A DNA stretch of 64,000 nucleotides from Rubrivivax sp. (GTDB lineage: Bacteria > Pseudomonadota > Gammaproteobacteria > Burkholderiales > Burkholderiaceae_C): assembly GCA_021300575.1 (NCBI GenBank), contig JAJTDM010000011.1, positions 38,465-102,464 of the forward strand. Reading direction: 5' to 3'. A model generated the notes under the pieces. That model did no database searches and was not told where the DNA came from. It saw nothing but the letters and a program-made list of their open reading frames with translations. The position numbers and the translations under genes were made by a program. Shown piece after piece: positions 48,810 through 57,574 of this stretch. Positions within the stretch are counted from its first letter, which is position 1. Each line of letters begins with the position of its first letter.

Positions 48810-49343
48810 CTAACTTAAGTCCATCAACAGTGCTTGGTGTGGAATCTGTGTGTTCTCGAAATCCCAAGTATCAGCATTTCCGCGCTCGGCTTCCTTTGTT
48901 ATGTAGCTGAGCCATTTAATGTTGTTTTCAGGCGTTGCTTGCTCTATCCAAAGTCTTTCTCCACTCAAACCTGCCTTCCGTACCCAACAGTGCTCAAACA
49001 CCTTTCTCAACTCAATCATGTCTATTCCCGGCGGGATGTTGCCTATAGCAAAATTGAAGTGAATTGTGTTCTGGGAACTGTATGACTCAAAAGCACCTTC
49101 TATGGTTGTCAGTAGTAGAGGCGAGTACAGGCTTGGCTTTCTTAATGCCTTTGCCTGATATAGAGACTGACTGAATGTGCGTCTAAAATGGCGACATTTC
49201 TTCTGTGCCTCTGTACGCATACTCATAATTTGCCTGTCAGTGGCCTTGTATGTATGAAATGTCGTGTGTGCGACTGCCCAGTGCGTTATGTGTTTACTGT
49301 AACCGTTAAGGAATGATCTGATGTGATGTGCTGTAATCTTCAT
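48810..49343 (-). CDS. hypothetical protein (177 aa)
   Basis: Longest ORF in this AT-rich stretch, divergent from the 49496 gene. No clear SD sequence and no recognisable motif. Confidence 0.45.
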   Translation of the reverse strand: MKITAHHIRSFLNGYSKHITHWAVAHTTFHTYKATDRQIMSMRTEAQKKCRHFRRTFSQSLYQAKALRKPSLYSPLLLTTIEGAFESYSSQNTIHFNFAIGNIPPGIDMIELRKVFEHCWVRKAGLSGERLWIEQATPENNIKWLSYITKEAERGNADTWDFENTQIPHQALLMDLS

Positions 49344-49495
49344 ACATCTATTTAGCTAAGACCAAACAATACCATAAAAAAATATGTGAATTATGTGGAT
49401 TTGCCGAATGGGTGATGACTTGAAATCGGTTGCTCTCATCTTGCCGATGAACATAAACTGCACTCATTGCGATACTAATTTAGGAGAAAGTAGCA

Positions 49496-49936
49496 ATGGG
49501 AACACTAAGCACGCTGAAACTGACTGCTGTTCAACGACCTCAGCAACTGAGCGCCGTCCAACTGCGCCGAAACAAGTTGCTTCGACGGCTGGACGAGCAG
49601 ATGAAGCTGGCATCTGCACAGGAAGAGGGAAAGCAATTCGCTCCTCTTCGGCTGCGCACTGTGACTGACCCGGCAACGGGTAGCCGCCGCACTGTTGAGT
49701 CCAGCAAACGTGTAAAGGCTTGGTGGTTCAAACAAGAGAGCGGCAAGTTCGCACTGAGCATCCGTTACGGAGCAAAGGTGCTGGAGTTGGCAAAGGGCAA
49801 GTATGCTGTAGAGGTTGCTTCGCCGAAAGATTTGATTTCCACGCTGGAGATTGTCAAGTCTGCGGTGGAGGCAGGTGAACTGGACGGCGCAATCGAGCAT
49901 GCCGCAGGGCGCCTGCGTCAAGGGTTCAAGAAGTGA
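49496..49936 (+). CDS. conserved hypothetical protein (146 aa)
   Basis: AGGAG RBS. MGTLSTLKLTAVQRPQQLS...KAWWFKQESGKFALSIRYGAKVLEL...AGELDGAIEHAAGRLRQGFKK resembles a family seen on mobile elements of proteobacteria (possibly DUF6641, from memory only). Confidence 0.6.
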   Translation: MGTLSTLKLTAVQRPQQLSAVQLRRNKLLRRLDEQMKLASAQEEGKQFAPLRLRTVTDPATGSRRTVESSKRVKAWWFKQESGKFALSIRYGAKVLELAKGKYAVEVASPKDLISTLEIVKSAVEAGELDGAIEHAAGRLRQGFKK

Positions 49937-50030
49937 TAAGTCCGATGTTTGTCCTGAACAGCCTGGGGCGTATCAAATCGATGTGTGGTTAGCACAATTC
50001 AGACTTCGACTAATTCATGCTAAATACTTG

Positions 50031-50381
50031 ATGAAGAAGTATTTGGGACAGTTGCGTATTGGTGGGAAGATAGTGAGAACTGTTGTGTACGCAGAAAATG
50101 CAACACATGCTCGCCTTATTCTTCAATATCAATTTGGAATAGCAAGTGTTGTTGGAAATCCCTGGTTGGTAGGGGAGGAGTCTGAGGTGCAAGCCTTGTG
50201 CGATAGTTCCGCGAAACCAACTTCTCCGAAGCCTCCCATGTCTATCCCACAGTTGCGTATCAATTCGCTCAAGCAAGGCATAAAGCGTGGGAAAGAGCAA
50301 TTACGGGCAGAGCGGGATAGGCAAAAGCGACAGCGCGAGGTGATCCGTAAAAGTAATAAGAGATCGGCGTCTATTTTCTGA
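50031..50381 (+). CDS. hypothetical protein (116 aa) with a basic C-terminus
   Basis: Internal ATG (MKKYLGQLRIGGKIVRTVVYAENATHARLILQ...) within ORF 49851..50381. The upstream part of that ORF overlaps the preceding gene. Confidence 0.45.
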   Translation: MKKYLGQLRIGGKIVRTVVYAENATHARLILQYQFGIASVVGNPWLVGEESEVQALCDSSAKPTSPKPPMSIPQLRINSLKQGIKRGKEQLRAERDRQKRQREVIRKSNKRSASIF

Positions 50382-50957
50382 GTATTCCTGGTGTTTGGCA
50401 GTCGGAATGAACTTGCGTGTTAAGAAAAAGCACGATTTTTGAACAGTAAATGATCGGAAATTGCTATATCAATGCGCGTCAGATGTAAAGGGGATGACCG
50501 GCATAGCTGAAAATGTGAACTAGCGATCTGGCTGTTTTCGCTACGCTGTAATGCTGTGACAGGCATCTGACATTCTTTCCAAACTGACCACTACCAAATC
50601 TAAATTCCGGCCTGTGTGTCTTGCGACAAAATGAGAAGTCGCATTAATAAATAAGAATCGAACGAGGTGAGCTGTGAACAAAGTCCGGGATGCGTACGAT
50701 GCCTGAATACGCTGCTGCGTTTAGATAGGCTGCGGACGCTAGATAAATCGGAATAAGCCAGTATAAGACTACTTTATTCTAGGAAGAAATAGTGTCGTTT
50801 TAGGAGACAGTCGAAAGGGCAATGGGATATGCTTCAATACATTATTAGACGGTGTGAAATTGTTGCTTCGCGTTCCTCGCGTACAAAATACGCACACCAA
50901 CTTTCTACGACGCTGTATCAGCTTGAAAATCAAGTTAGAAATTGGTCTAGCAAGCGT

Positions 50958-51002
50958 TTGAAAATCCGCGTGTCGGTGGTTCGATTCCGCCCTTGGCCAC
51001 CA
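50958..51002 (+). repeat. attR: exact 45-bp copy of the tRNA-Phe 3' half
   Basis: ttgaaaatccgcgtgtcggtggttcgattccgcccttggccacca is identical to 39626-39670. Confidence 0.9.
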
Positions 51003-51025
51003 TTCCAAGGCGCCAACCGTACGCG

Positions 51026-52249
51026 ATGACCTGCCGGTTCGTTGCCACCCTTGCCCTTGTTGCGACGCTGCTGGCCGGCTGCACTACCTACCCGGTCGGT
51101 AACCGTCAGGCGGTAGGCGATTGCCCGGCCTGTGCCGCCGGCACAGTCGAACTGCCGCTGCTGCAGGGGGCGCTCTCGTATCCGATCGTGGAGGTCGCGA
51201 TCGACGGCCGGCCCGGATACCGCTTCCTGTTTGACACCGGCGCCATGGGCACGGTGATCTTCCGTCACCCCCGAACAGCCGACCTGGCGCTGTCCCCCCG
51301 TGGCGAGATCGCAGTTGGCGGCCTGGGCGATGGTGCGCGCCCGGCTGCACAGGTCGCGCCCGGGGTCGCGCTTCAACTTGGACCATTGACGCTGCGGGAC
51401 ATGACGGTACTGGTGCTGCCAGTTGATCGGCTGGCGCTGTTCGGATCGCCAGATCTGGTGTTCATCGACGGCATCATCGGCAACGACCTGTGGACCCGCT
51501 TCGGCGTGGAGGTCGATGCCGCTGCCGGGCGAATGCGCCTGCACCGCCTCGGCACTACGGATCTGGGGGCAGGTGCGCGTAGCGCCGCGCTCACAGTTCG
51601 GCACGACCACCTGTTCGTCCCGGTCCGGGTCACGCTCGATGCCAGCCGCGATCCGGTCGCCGTCGACCTGCTGCTCGACAGCGGCGACGCCGGCGCGCTG
51701 TATCTCGTGACCGACCCGGTGCGGGGACTCGTGCCGCCGGAAGGCGCAGTGACAATCGAGGGGCCCGGGATACAGGGCCAGAGCCGCGCGATGGCCGCAC
51801 GCTCAACGGCGGTCGAGGTTGCCGACGTCCGGTGGCTGAACGTCCCGACTGGCTTTGGCCCGGAGGGTTCCGGGAGCAGGGAGCTTGGTGTCGGCCTCAT
51901 CGGAGTCGGGCTGCTGTCGCGGACCCGCTGGGCGGTGGACGTCGGGCAGTCGCGGCTGTGGCTGGCACCCGGCGACGCAAGCGAGCGTCGCTTCGAGGAC
52001 GGCTCCTTCGGGCTGGCCACCGCCGTGGTGGCGCGCCGGTTGCTGGCCCTGCTCGTGCAGGCGCAGAGCCCGGCGGCGAAGGCAGGTCTGCAGGTCGGTG
52101 ACGAGTTGATCTCGCTCGACGGTTCTTCGATCACGGGCAGCCAGCAGGCCGCCGTCGAAGCGGCGCTGCAGACTCGCCGCACAGCGACGCTGTGTTGGCG
52201 CCGGGTTGACGATGTGCGCTGCGGGACCTTGACGCGAGCGGCGCCCTGA
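51026..52249 (+). CDS. lipoprotein with tandem retropepsin-like aspartic protease lobes and a C-terminal PDZ domain
   Basis: Lipobox LLAGC. Two D-T/S-G sites (FLFDTGAMGTVIF; LLLDSGDAGALYL). C-terminal PDZ-like LLVQAQSPAAKAGLQVGDELISLDG. Confidence 0.7.
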   Translation: MTCRFVATLALVATLLAGCTTYPVGNRQAVGDCPACAAGTVELPLLQGALSYPIVEVAIDGRPGYRFLFDTGAMGTVIFRHPRTADLALSPRGEIAVGGLGDGARPAAQVAPGVALQLGPLTLRDMTVLVLPVDRLALFGSPDLVFIDGIIGNDLWTRFGVEVDAAAGRMRLHRLGTTDLGAGARSAALTVRHDHLFVPVRVTLDASRDPVAVDLLLDSGDAGALYLVTDPVRGLVPPEGAVTIEGPGIQGQSRAMAARSTAVEVADVRWLNVPTGFGPEGSGSRELGVGLIGVGLLSRTRWAVDVGQSRLWLAPGDASERRFEDGSFGLATAVVARRLLALLVQAQSPAAKAGLQVGDELISLDGSSITGSQQAAVEAALQTRRTATLCWRRVDDVRCGTLTRAAP

Positions 52250-52407
52250 AGGCCGCCGGGCTCGTCGGCAAAGGCGGCGCCGCCGCCCGATGGGTGCGGC
52301 GGCACGAGGCCTGCTTCATCGCCTACAACCCTATTGCGCTTGCTCGCGCGAACCTGTACGCCGAATCCCGCCGAGTGGCGCATCAGCGTTCGGTTTTCGC
52401 GTTCAGT

Positions 52408-52758
52408 CCACCACCATCCGGAACCGTCGTCTTGCTTGTTGAGACGGCGGTTTTTTCATTGTGGGGCTGTCGTGATGAACGTCACACACGCTGCTGCCGC
52501 TGACAGCACAGGGCGAGGGCCGGTGAATGACAACCGCGGTCAAGCAGCAAGACACGCAGCAGCACATTGAGCGACACGCGGATAGCAACTCCGCCGCTGT
52601 GCTGTCGCTGGCCCACCGCCGCAGGCTCACAGCACTGCCCCACAGCGTCTCACTCAGCGATGGGGAACTGGTTGTCTATCGTCGCAGCCGCTACAAGTTG
52701 GCTGACGGCACTTGGGTGAGACAGACAACAGGCAAGGCCGCACTGGAACACGCCGTTG
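52408..52758 (+). repeat. diverged duplicate of the region downstream of tRNA-Phe (terminator plus integrase 5' end)
   Basis: ccaccaccatccggaaccgtcgtctt...gagacggcggttttttcattgtgg... through ...ggcaaggccgcactggaacacgccgttg aligns with 39665-40058, with substitutions and several indels. Confidence 0.85.
52424..52456 (+). terminator. second copy of the tRNA-downstream terminator hairpin
   Basis: ccgtcgtct / agacggcgg stem plus a T6 run, as at 39681-39713. Confidence 0.6.
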
Positions 52759-52769
52759 GGCTTGCGTGA
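52527..52769 (+). pseudogene. truncated integrase remnant (first ~80 codons only)
   Basis: MTTAVKQQDTQQH...SAAVLSLAHRRRLTAL...DGELVVYRRSRYKLADGTWVRQTTGKAALEHAV parallels the N-terminus of the 39806 integrase, with internal deletions and a premature end. Confidence 0.8.
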
Positions 52770-52803
52770 GCTCGGGTATCGCCCAAGCACGATACGCTCG
52801 CTC

Positions 52804-52847
52804 TATCGCCCTTTAGCGATATATTGATTAAATCGCCTTAAAGCGAT
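52804..52847. promoter_or_regulatory. two palindromes (TATCGC-N6-GCGATA and ATCGC-N6-GCGAT) upstream of hipB; candidate HipB operators
   Basis: Read directly at 52804-52821 and 52832-52847, 35-80 nt upstream of the hipB ATG. E. coli HipB is known to bind multiple short palindromes in its own promoter. Confidence 0.45.
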
Positions 52848-52881
52848 ATGCTACAAAAAACACTTTTAACTGATAACCGCC

Positions 52882-53259
52882 ATGGACTATCCTGTCCAGC
52901 TCGTCAGCCAACTGCAGCAACTGCTGAAATCCTTGCGCAAGTCGCGCCGGATCACGCAAGCAGAGCTTGCCCGGCGTCTGGGTGTCGTGCAGTCGCGAAT
53001 TGCCGACATCGAACGTGACCCTGGCGCAGTGAGTGTGGAACAACTGCTGCAGGTACTGGCCATGTTGGGTGCTCAGATGGTGGTCCGCCAAACCGACCCC
53101 GGGCCCTCAGCTTACAAGCCAAGCGTCGACTTGGAAGCGCATCTCCGGGCCCAAGCGACCGCGATGGCCAAGCTGACGACGGGGTCTAAACCGGCCATGC
53201 CGGTGCCCGTCGTGCCACCGGAAGGCCCGCACGACGACGAGCCACGGGGCCAATGGTGA
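52882..53259 (+). CDS. hipB: XRE-family HTH antitoxin HipB
   Basis: LRKSRRITQAELARRLGVVQSRIADIE HTH, immediately upstream of hipA. Confidence 0.8.
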   Translation: MDYPVQLVSQLQQLLKSLRKSRRITQAELARRLGVVQSRIADIERDPGAVSVEQLLQVLAMLGAQMVVRQTDPGPSAYKPSVDLEAHLRAQATAMAKLTTGSKPAMPVPVVPPEGPHDDEPRGQW

Positions 53260-53325
53260 TGAGCGTGAGGTCAACCGCCGTCGCCATGGTCGCGGCCCCG
53301 CAGAACAAGCCCCAAGGGCGCAGTC

Positions 53326-54687
53326 ATGGCTGACGTCCGCGAGCTCTGGGTCTGGATGAACGGCGAGCGCGTAGGCACGTGGCAGCGCACACGCACCGGC
53401 GGTCACCGCTTCGTCTACGAGGAGTCCTGGCTGGCATCCGCATGGGTGCGTCCCCTGTCGCTGTCGCTGCCCATCACCCCAGACCGGACGGTCGCTGGCC
53501 CGGTGGTAGCCAACTTCTTCGACAACCTCCTGCCGGACGACGAGCGCATCCGGCGCCGTGTGAGCGCACGCTTCAGGGTCGGCTCGACCGAGGTCTTCGA
53601 CCTGCTGCAGGCCATCGGCCGTGACTGCGTCGGCGCCGTCCAGTTGTTGCCCCCCGAGCAGCCGCCGACTGGCTTTGACCGGGTCGAGTACGAGCCGATG
53701 GACGATGAGGCGGTCGCCCGACACTTGCGTGGGGTCGCTGCCGAACCGGGTTTGGGAGCAGACCAGGACCCCGACGATCTGCGCATCTCGATTGCCGGAG
53801 CGCAGGAGAAGACCGCGCTGCTGCGGGTCGACCGCCAATGGTGTCGACCACTCGGTGCCACACCGACCACGCACATCCTCAAACTGCCCCTTGGCCTGGT
53901 GGGCGGTAGCCGCCTGGACCTCACGCACTCGGTCTACAACGAGTGGTTGTGTGCGCAGCTGCTGCGCGAACTCGACCTGCCGGTGGCGACCACGGACATC
54001 GCTACTTTCGGCAACGAGACGGTGCTGGCGGTGGGGCGCTTCGACCGGCAGTGGGTGGAGGGGATCGATACCTCGCCCCGCTGGATAGCGCGCATTCCAC
54101 AGGAGGACTTCTGCCAGCTGCTGGGCAGGGCCTCCCACAAGAAGTACGAGGCCCAAGGCGGGCCGGGCATGGCGCATTGCCTGCAGGTGCTCCGAGGCAG
54201 CCGGACCGCCACCGCCGACATCCGCCACTTCCTGTGCGCCCAACTGGCCTTCTGGTTGTTGGCCGCCACCGACGGCCATGCCAAGAACTTCTCCATCTTT
54301 CTGCTGCCCGGTGGCGGCTACCGCATGACCCCGCTATACGACGTCATCTCCGTGTGGCCGGTCATCGGGCAGGGGCCGAATCAGGTGGCATGGCAGGAGG
54401 CCAAGCTCGCGATGGCGGTCCGCTTAAAGAACGTGCATTACCAGCTCGACCGCATTCAAACGCGACACTGGCATGGGCTGGCACAACGCAGCGGGGCTGA
54501 AGGCGTCTGGGACGCGATGCAGGCGCTGGTAGCTCGGGTGGACCCCGCCATTGCTGCGGTGCAGGGGCTGCTGCCTGCGGGATTCCCAGAGCCCACGGCC
54601 GGCGCCATCTTCGACGGGTTGCGACGGCAGCAAGGCAGATGGCAGGCGGGGCTGCAGAGCCTGGCCGGGCCAGCCGGCGGCGGCTAA
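53326..54687 (+). CDS. hipA: type II toxin serine/threonine kinase HipA
   Basis: N-terminal coupling domain (LWVWMNGERVGTW), SIAGAQEKTALL P-loop-like motif, and catalytic DGHAKNFSIFL. Confidence 0.9.
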   Translation: MADVRELWVWMNGERVGTWQRTRTGGHRFVYEESWLASAWVRPLSLSLPITPDRTVAGPVVANFFDNLLPDDERIRRRVSARFRVGSTEVFDLLQAIGRDCVGAVQLLPPEQPPTGFDRVEYEPMDDEAVARHLRGVAAEPGLGADQDPDDLRISIAGAQEKTALLRVDRQWCRPLGATPTTHILKLPLGLVGGSRLDLTHSVYNEWLCAQLLRELDLPVATTDIATFGNETVLAVGRFDRQWVEGIDTSPRWIARIPQEDFCQLLGRASHKKYEAQGGPGMAHCLQVLRGSRTATADIRHFLCAQLAFWLLAATDGHAKNFSIFLLPGGGYRMTPLYDVISVWPVIGQGPNQVAWQEAKLAMAVRLKNVHYQLDRIQTRHWHGLAQRSGAEGVWDAMQALVARVDPAIAAVQGLLPAGFPEPTAGAIFDGLRRQQGRWQAGLQSLAGPAGGG

Positions 54688-54773
54688 AGCGCCTGCCGCG
54701 ACTACGCTGAAATCTTTGGCAAAGAACTGGCAAGCCGGGTGCTGTTGTCGCAGTGCCGGCAAGCTGACGCTAC

Positions 54774-54806
54774 CCGCGTGTCGGCTGTTCGATTCCCCAT
54801 TTGACT
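54774..54806 (+). repeat. degenerate remnant of the tRNA-Phe T-arm/3' end (outermost att remnant)
   Basis: ccgcgtgtcggCTgttcgattccCcAttTgAc compared with the tRNA ccgcgtgtcggTGgttcgattccGcCctTgGc. It lies at the point where core-like genes resume. Confidence 0.5.
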
Positions 54807-54885
54807 AATGCCGGTATGGCGCACAGCGGCTTGTGGGACAGGGGGTTTGAGCCGGGTCAAACCCCTTGGGGCCAGATGCCTGAGT

Positions 54886-55662
54886 TCAACGGTCGGAGTC
54901 GATGATCACTTCTTCCCCGAACTTGCCAAAGCATGGCCGTCTGTCGTAGTCGATGGCGTTGGTTGCTCGCAAAACGCGCACGCCCCGGATCCCGGCGGCC
55001 TGGGCATATTCAATGTCCGAATCGGAGTCGCCGTAGTACATGGTCAGATTGCGTGCACGCATGGCTTCTGTTTTGGACTTCATCGCAGTGAAGATGATGG
55101 GACCGGCAAACTCCACGCCGAACATTTTGCGCATGCGTGCTTCCAGCTGCGCACCTTCCACCCCCACGCGCGCCGTGATGTAGTGGATGCGGTCACCGCG
55201 CTTTTGATGCAGCGCCAGGAGGTCTCGCCCCACCTGTTTGGGGATCACATAGCGGTCGTGCACATGGTGCACGTCATGCCAGGCCTTGGGGTTGGACACT
55301 ACGGCGCGAATGTCCGCGCCATAGGGGTTGGATCCCCCCGGGCCATCGGTGTTGAACAAGACAGCCTGAAAGCTGGGGCTCGGGAAAACCAATGTGTCGT
55401 CGATGTCAAAACCCACATCCACGGGGCTTTTCGGCAAACTGGCTTGCAACTCGGCCATCGTGATCCAGCGCCCGGGTGCGACGGAGCGGGCCAACTGGCC
55501 CGTGCTCAGCAGGTTTGTTTTGCCGCAAGTGGGAGCGACCGTGGTAGCGCTGCTCTTCACCGGTGCGGTCGCGCCAGCAGGTGGGGTCGTGTTGGCGCAG
55601 CCCACCAAAACGGTGGCGGCCAAGCAGACCAAGGCGCTTGCGGCGCGGTTGAGGGTGATCAT
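54886..55662 (-). CDS. class B (AphA-like, HAD superfamily) acid phosphatase lipoprotein
   Basis: Lipobox LVGC. FDIDDTLVFPSP and YGDSDSDI motifs, and a C-terminal GEEVIIDS as in AphA. Confidence 0.8.
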   Translation of the reverse strand: MITLNRAASALVCLAATVLVGCANTTPPAGATAPVKSSATTVAPTCGKTNLLSTGQLARSVAPGRWITMAELQASLPKSPVDVGFDIDDTLVFPSPSFQAVLFNTDGPGGSNPYGADIRAVVSNPKAWHDVHHVHDRYVIPKQVGRDLLALHQKRGDRIHYITARVGVEGAQLEARMRKMFGVEFAGPIIFTAMKSKTEAMRARNLTMYYGDSDSDIEYAQAAGIRGVRVLRATNAIDYDRRPCFGKFGEEVIIDSDR

Positions 55663-55820
55663 GTTCTGTCTCCTTTTGAATACGTGTGAAGCCCCAATGG
55701 ATGGCACAGCTCGTGCCAAGGAAGCGGGGGCAAGGCGCTGCCTTGGTCAAGAAAACAGGACCAAGGTCCGCGGCTTTGCCTGGCGTGCACAGGCGATGCA
55801 GTGGCTTGACCTGGGCGGGA

Positions 55821-57560
55821 TCACCCCAACAAGGCATTCAGAAAAATGCGCGGCATTTTCAGTAAGCTGGGGCGGTGTTGAAACGCCACCAGCAACTTGC
55901 CCAGAATGGCCCCTTTGCGGTTGGTGATGAACCATGGCGGGCGCGGCAACAAGGTGAACGACAAGCTCAGCAGGTTGCGCGGAAAGGGTCGAAACGGGGC
56001 TTCGACCACGGCGCGTTCGGTCTTGTCGAACAGCAAGGTGTTGTGCACCACGCCGATGCCGCTTTGCACATCGTCCAGCGTGTGCCCCGGAAACGCGCCC
56101 CAGGGGGACTGTGCTGACAAAAAGCCCAAGCCCGTCCAGGCGTTGATGGCGATGGTGCCGTAGCGCAGATCGGCCAGGATGGCTTCAAACCGCGGGCGTC
56201 CGATCTGGGCGATGGTGCGGGGGTGGATCACGATGTTGGCCCCCAAGGTGCCGTACAGCTGGCTGTTGGCCATCTCGATCGCGGCGATCAAGTAGGCCTC
56301 GGCATCATGTCCGCCCAGTTCCACCACGTTGAGCGCGGGCGCAAACACTTCGGTGCTGCGCGCTTTGGCGTTGCCCAGGTCCAGCGAGGACATGACCAGG
56401 TCTTGCGCGCCGGGGCGTTGGACGGTTTTGAAGGTGGGGTTGTTCGTGCAGAACTCGGCCAGGCGCTCGGGTGCGCCGGGGTAGTACAGGCCGCGAGGCA
56501 AAGCGTTTTGGATCACGCCCTCGAGTGACTGCACAAAGGCGGTTTTTTGCGCCCAGTCTTTGGGCAGCACCAGCACTTGGCAAGCCACGCAGTTGAAGCC
56601 CGAGTTGTGCAGTTTCTGCGTGGCCACTTGTTCGGCCTGAAAGCGGATGTCGGCCGCCGACCAAGGGCCCGGCACCACGATGGTCGGGCACACAGCGCCC
56701 AGCTCCGAGGTGATCTGCCGAGTGTTGACCGGCGTGTTGGCGGCCTTGTTGGCGCGGCCCTGCTCACCGGTGCCCCACACGATGGCGTCGTGCGATGCCC
56801 CGGCGCCAGTGATGTGCAAGGTTTCCACCAGCGGGTGATTGCACAGGTATTGCCCCACATCGGTGCCGCCGCGCACGATGCGCACAAAGCCACGGTCAAT
56901 CAGCGGTTTGAGTGCGGCATTCAAGAACTCGATCAGGTAATCGTTGACCGGGTTCATCTTCAGCATCGCCACTTCGTTTTCGGCAAACAGCTTGTGGAAC
57001 ACATCTAGCGGCGCAATGGCCGCGATGTTGCCCGCGCCCAGCACCAGCGCCAATTGGCCGGTTTTGTGCTGCGGGCTGGCCGGGTCGTAAATGCCTGCCG
57101 TGTGCTCGGCCAGGTTGGCGCGGGTCACGCCCGGCTGCATCCACACATCGAGCTTGACGCCGCTGAGCAGCAAGTGGTCCCACAACGAATGCGGCAAAAC
57201 GCGTGCGGCCAGTTGCCCGTTGGGTAACTCGCGCAAAGGCAGATCGCTGAGGTGTTGCTTGCCCTGCACCTTGGACAGCGTGGCCATCATCTGGTTGCAA
57301 TAGGCCATGACGGTGTACGGCCCCGAAAGCCATTCCTCGCCTTCGAGCGGCGAGCCGACCGGAATGCCTTTTTGGCGCGAAGCTTTCTCGGACCAGGCCT
57401 GCGCCACGGGCAGCAAGGCGTCCTTGATCTCGTTCAGGATGGCGATGCGCTCGGCCACCGAGGTTTGCACCCAGCGGCTGCGGTGGTCCGCCAGAGTCTG
57501 CAGGTCTTGGTCCAGGCTGGATTGGCACTCGGCCAGGGTGGGCAGGTTTGGTGACGACAT
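55821..57560 (-). CDS. aldehyde dehydrogenase-family protein (long, ~580 aa subgroup)
   Basis: ALDH-like blocks (LVLGAGNIAAIAPLD, FNCVACQVLVLP with the catalytic Cys context). Confidence 0.7.
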   Translation of the reverse strand: MSSPNLPTLAECQSSLDQDLQTLADHRSRWVQTSVAERIAILNEIKDALLPVAQAWSEKASRQKGIPVGSPLEGEEWLSGPYTVMAYCNQMMATLSKVQGKQHLSDLPLRELPNGQLAARVLPHSLWDHLLLSGVKLDVWMQPGVTRANLAEHTAGIYDPASPQHKTGQLALVLGAGNIAAIAPLDVFHKLFAENEVAMLKMNPVNDYLIEFLNAALKPLIDRGFVRIVRGGTDVGQYLCNHPLVETLHITGAGASHDAIVWGTGEQGRANKAANTPVNTRQITSELGAVCPTIVVPGPWSAADIRFQAEQVATQKLHNSGFNCVACQVLVLPKDWAQKTAFVQSLEGVIQNALPRGLYYPGAPERLAEFCTNNPTFKTVQRPGAQDLVMSSLDLGNAKARSTEVFAPALNVVELGGHDAEAYLIAAIEMANSQLYGTLGANIVIHPRTIAQIGRPRFEAILADLRYGTIAINAWTGLGFLSAQSPWGAFPGHTLDDVQSGIGVVHNTLLFDKTERAVVEAPFRPFPRNLLSLSFTLLPRPPWFITNRKGAILGKLLVAFQHRPSLLKMPRIFLNALLG

Positions 57561-57574
57561 GGAGCACTCCGGGT

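Larger units (their letters stand above)
39626..51002. mobile_element. tRNA-Phe-integrated genomic island (segment I, 11.4 kb) bounded by a perfect 45-bp direct repeat
   Basis: The 45-bp 3' half of the tRNA (39626-39670) is repeated exactly at 50958-51002. An integrase gene abuts the tRNA. The interior is visibly AT-rich relative to the flanks. Confidence 0.85.

Noticed and set aside
50769-51610. ORFs 50769..51008 (-), 50829..51029 (+) and 50930..51610 (-) crossing the attR tRNA fragment
   Set aside because: They run through the 45-bp tRNA-derived repeat or antisense to the protease-PDZ gene. They have no RBS and no coherent protein features.
39595-54806. Possibility that the accessory region is a prophage, ICE or CRISPR-associated locus
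   Set aside because: No capsid, terminase or tail genes were seen. No relaxase, type IV secretion or coupling-protein genes were seen. No repeat-spacer array or cas-like genes were seen. The content fits small non-conjugative integrative islands.
54808-55689. 293-aa plus-strand ORF
   Set aside because: It is antisense to the class B acid phosphatase gene, which has clear HAD motifs and a lipobox.
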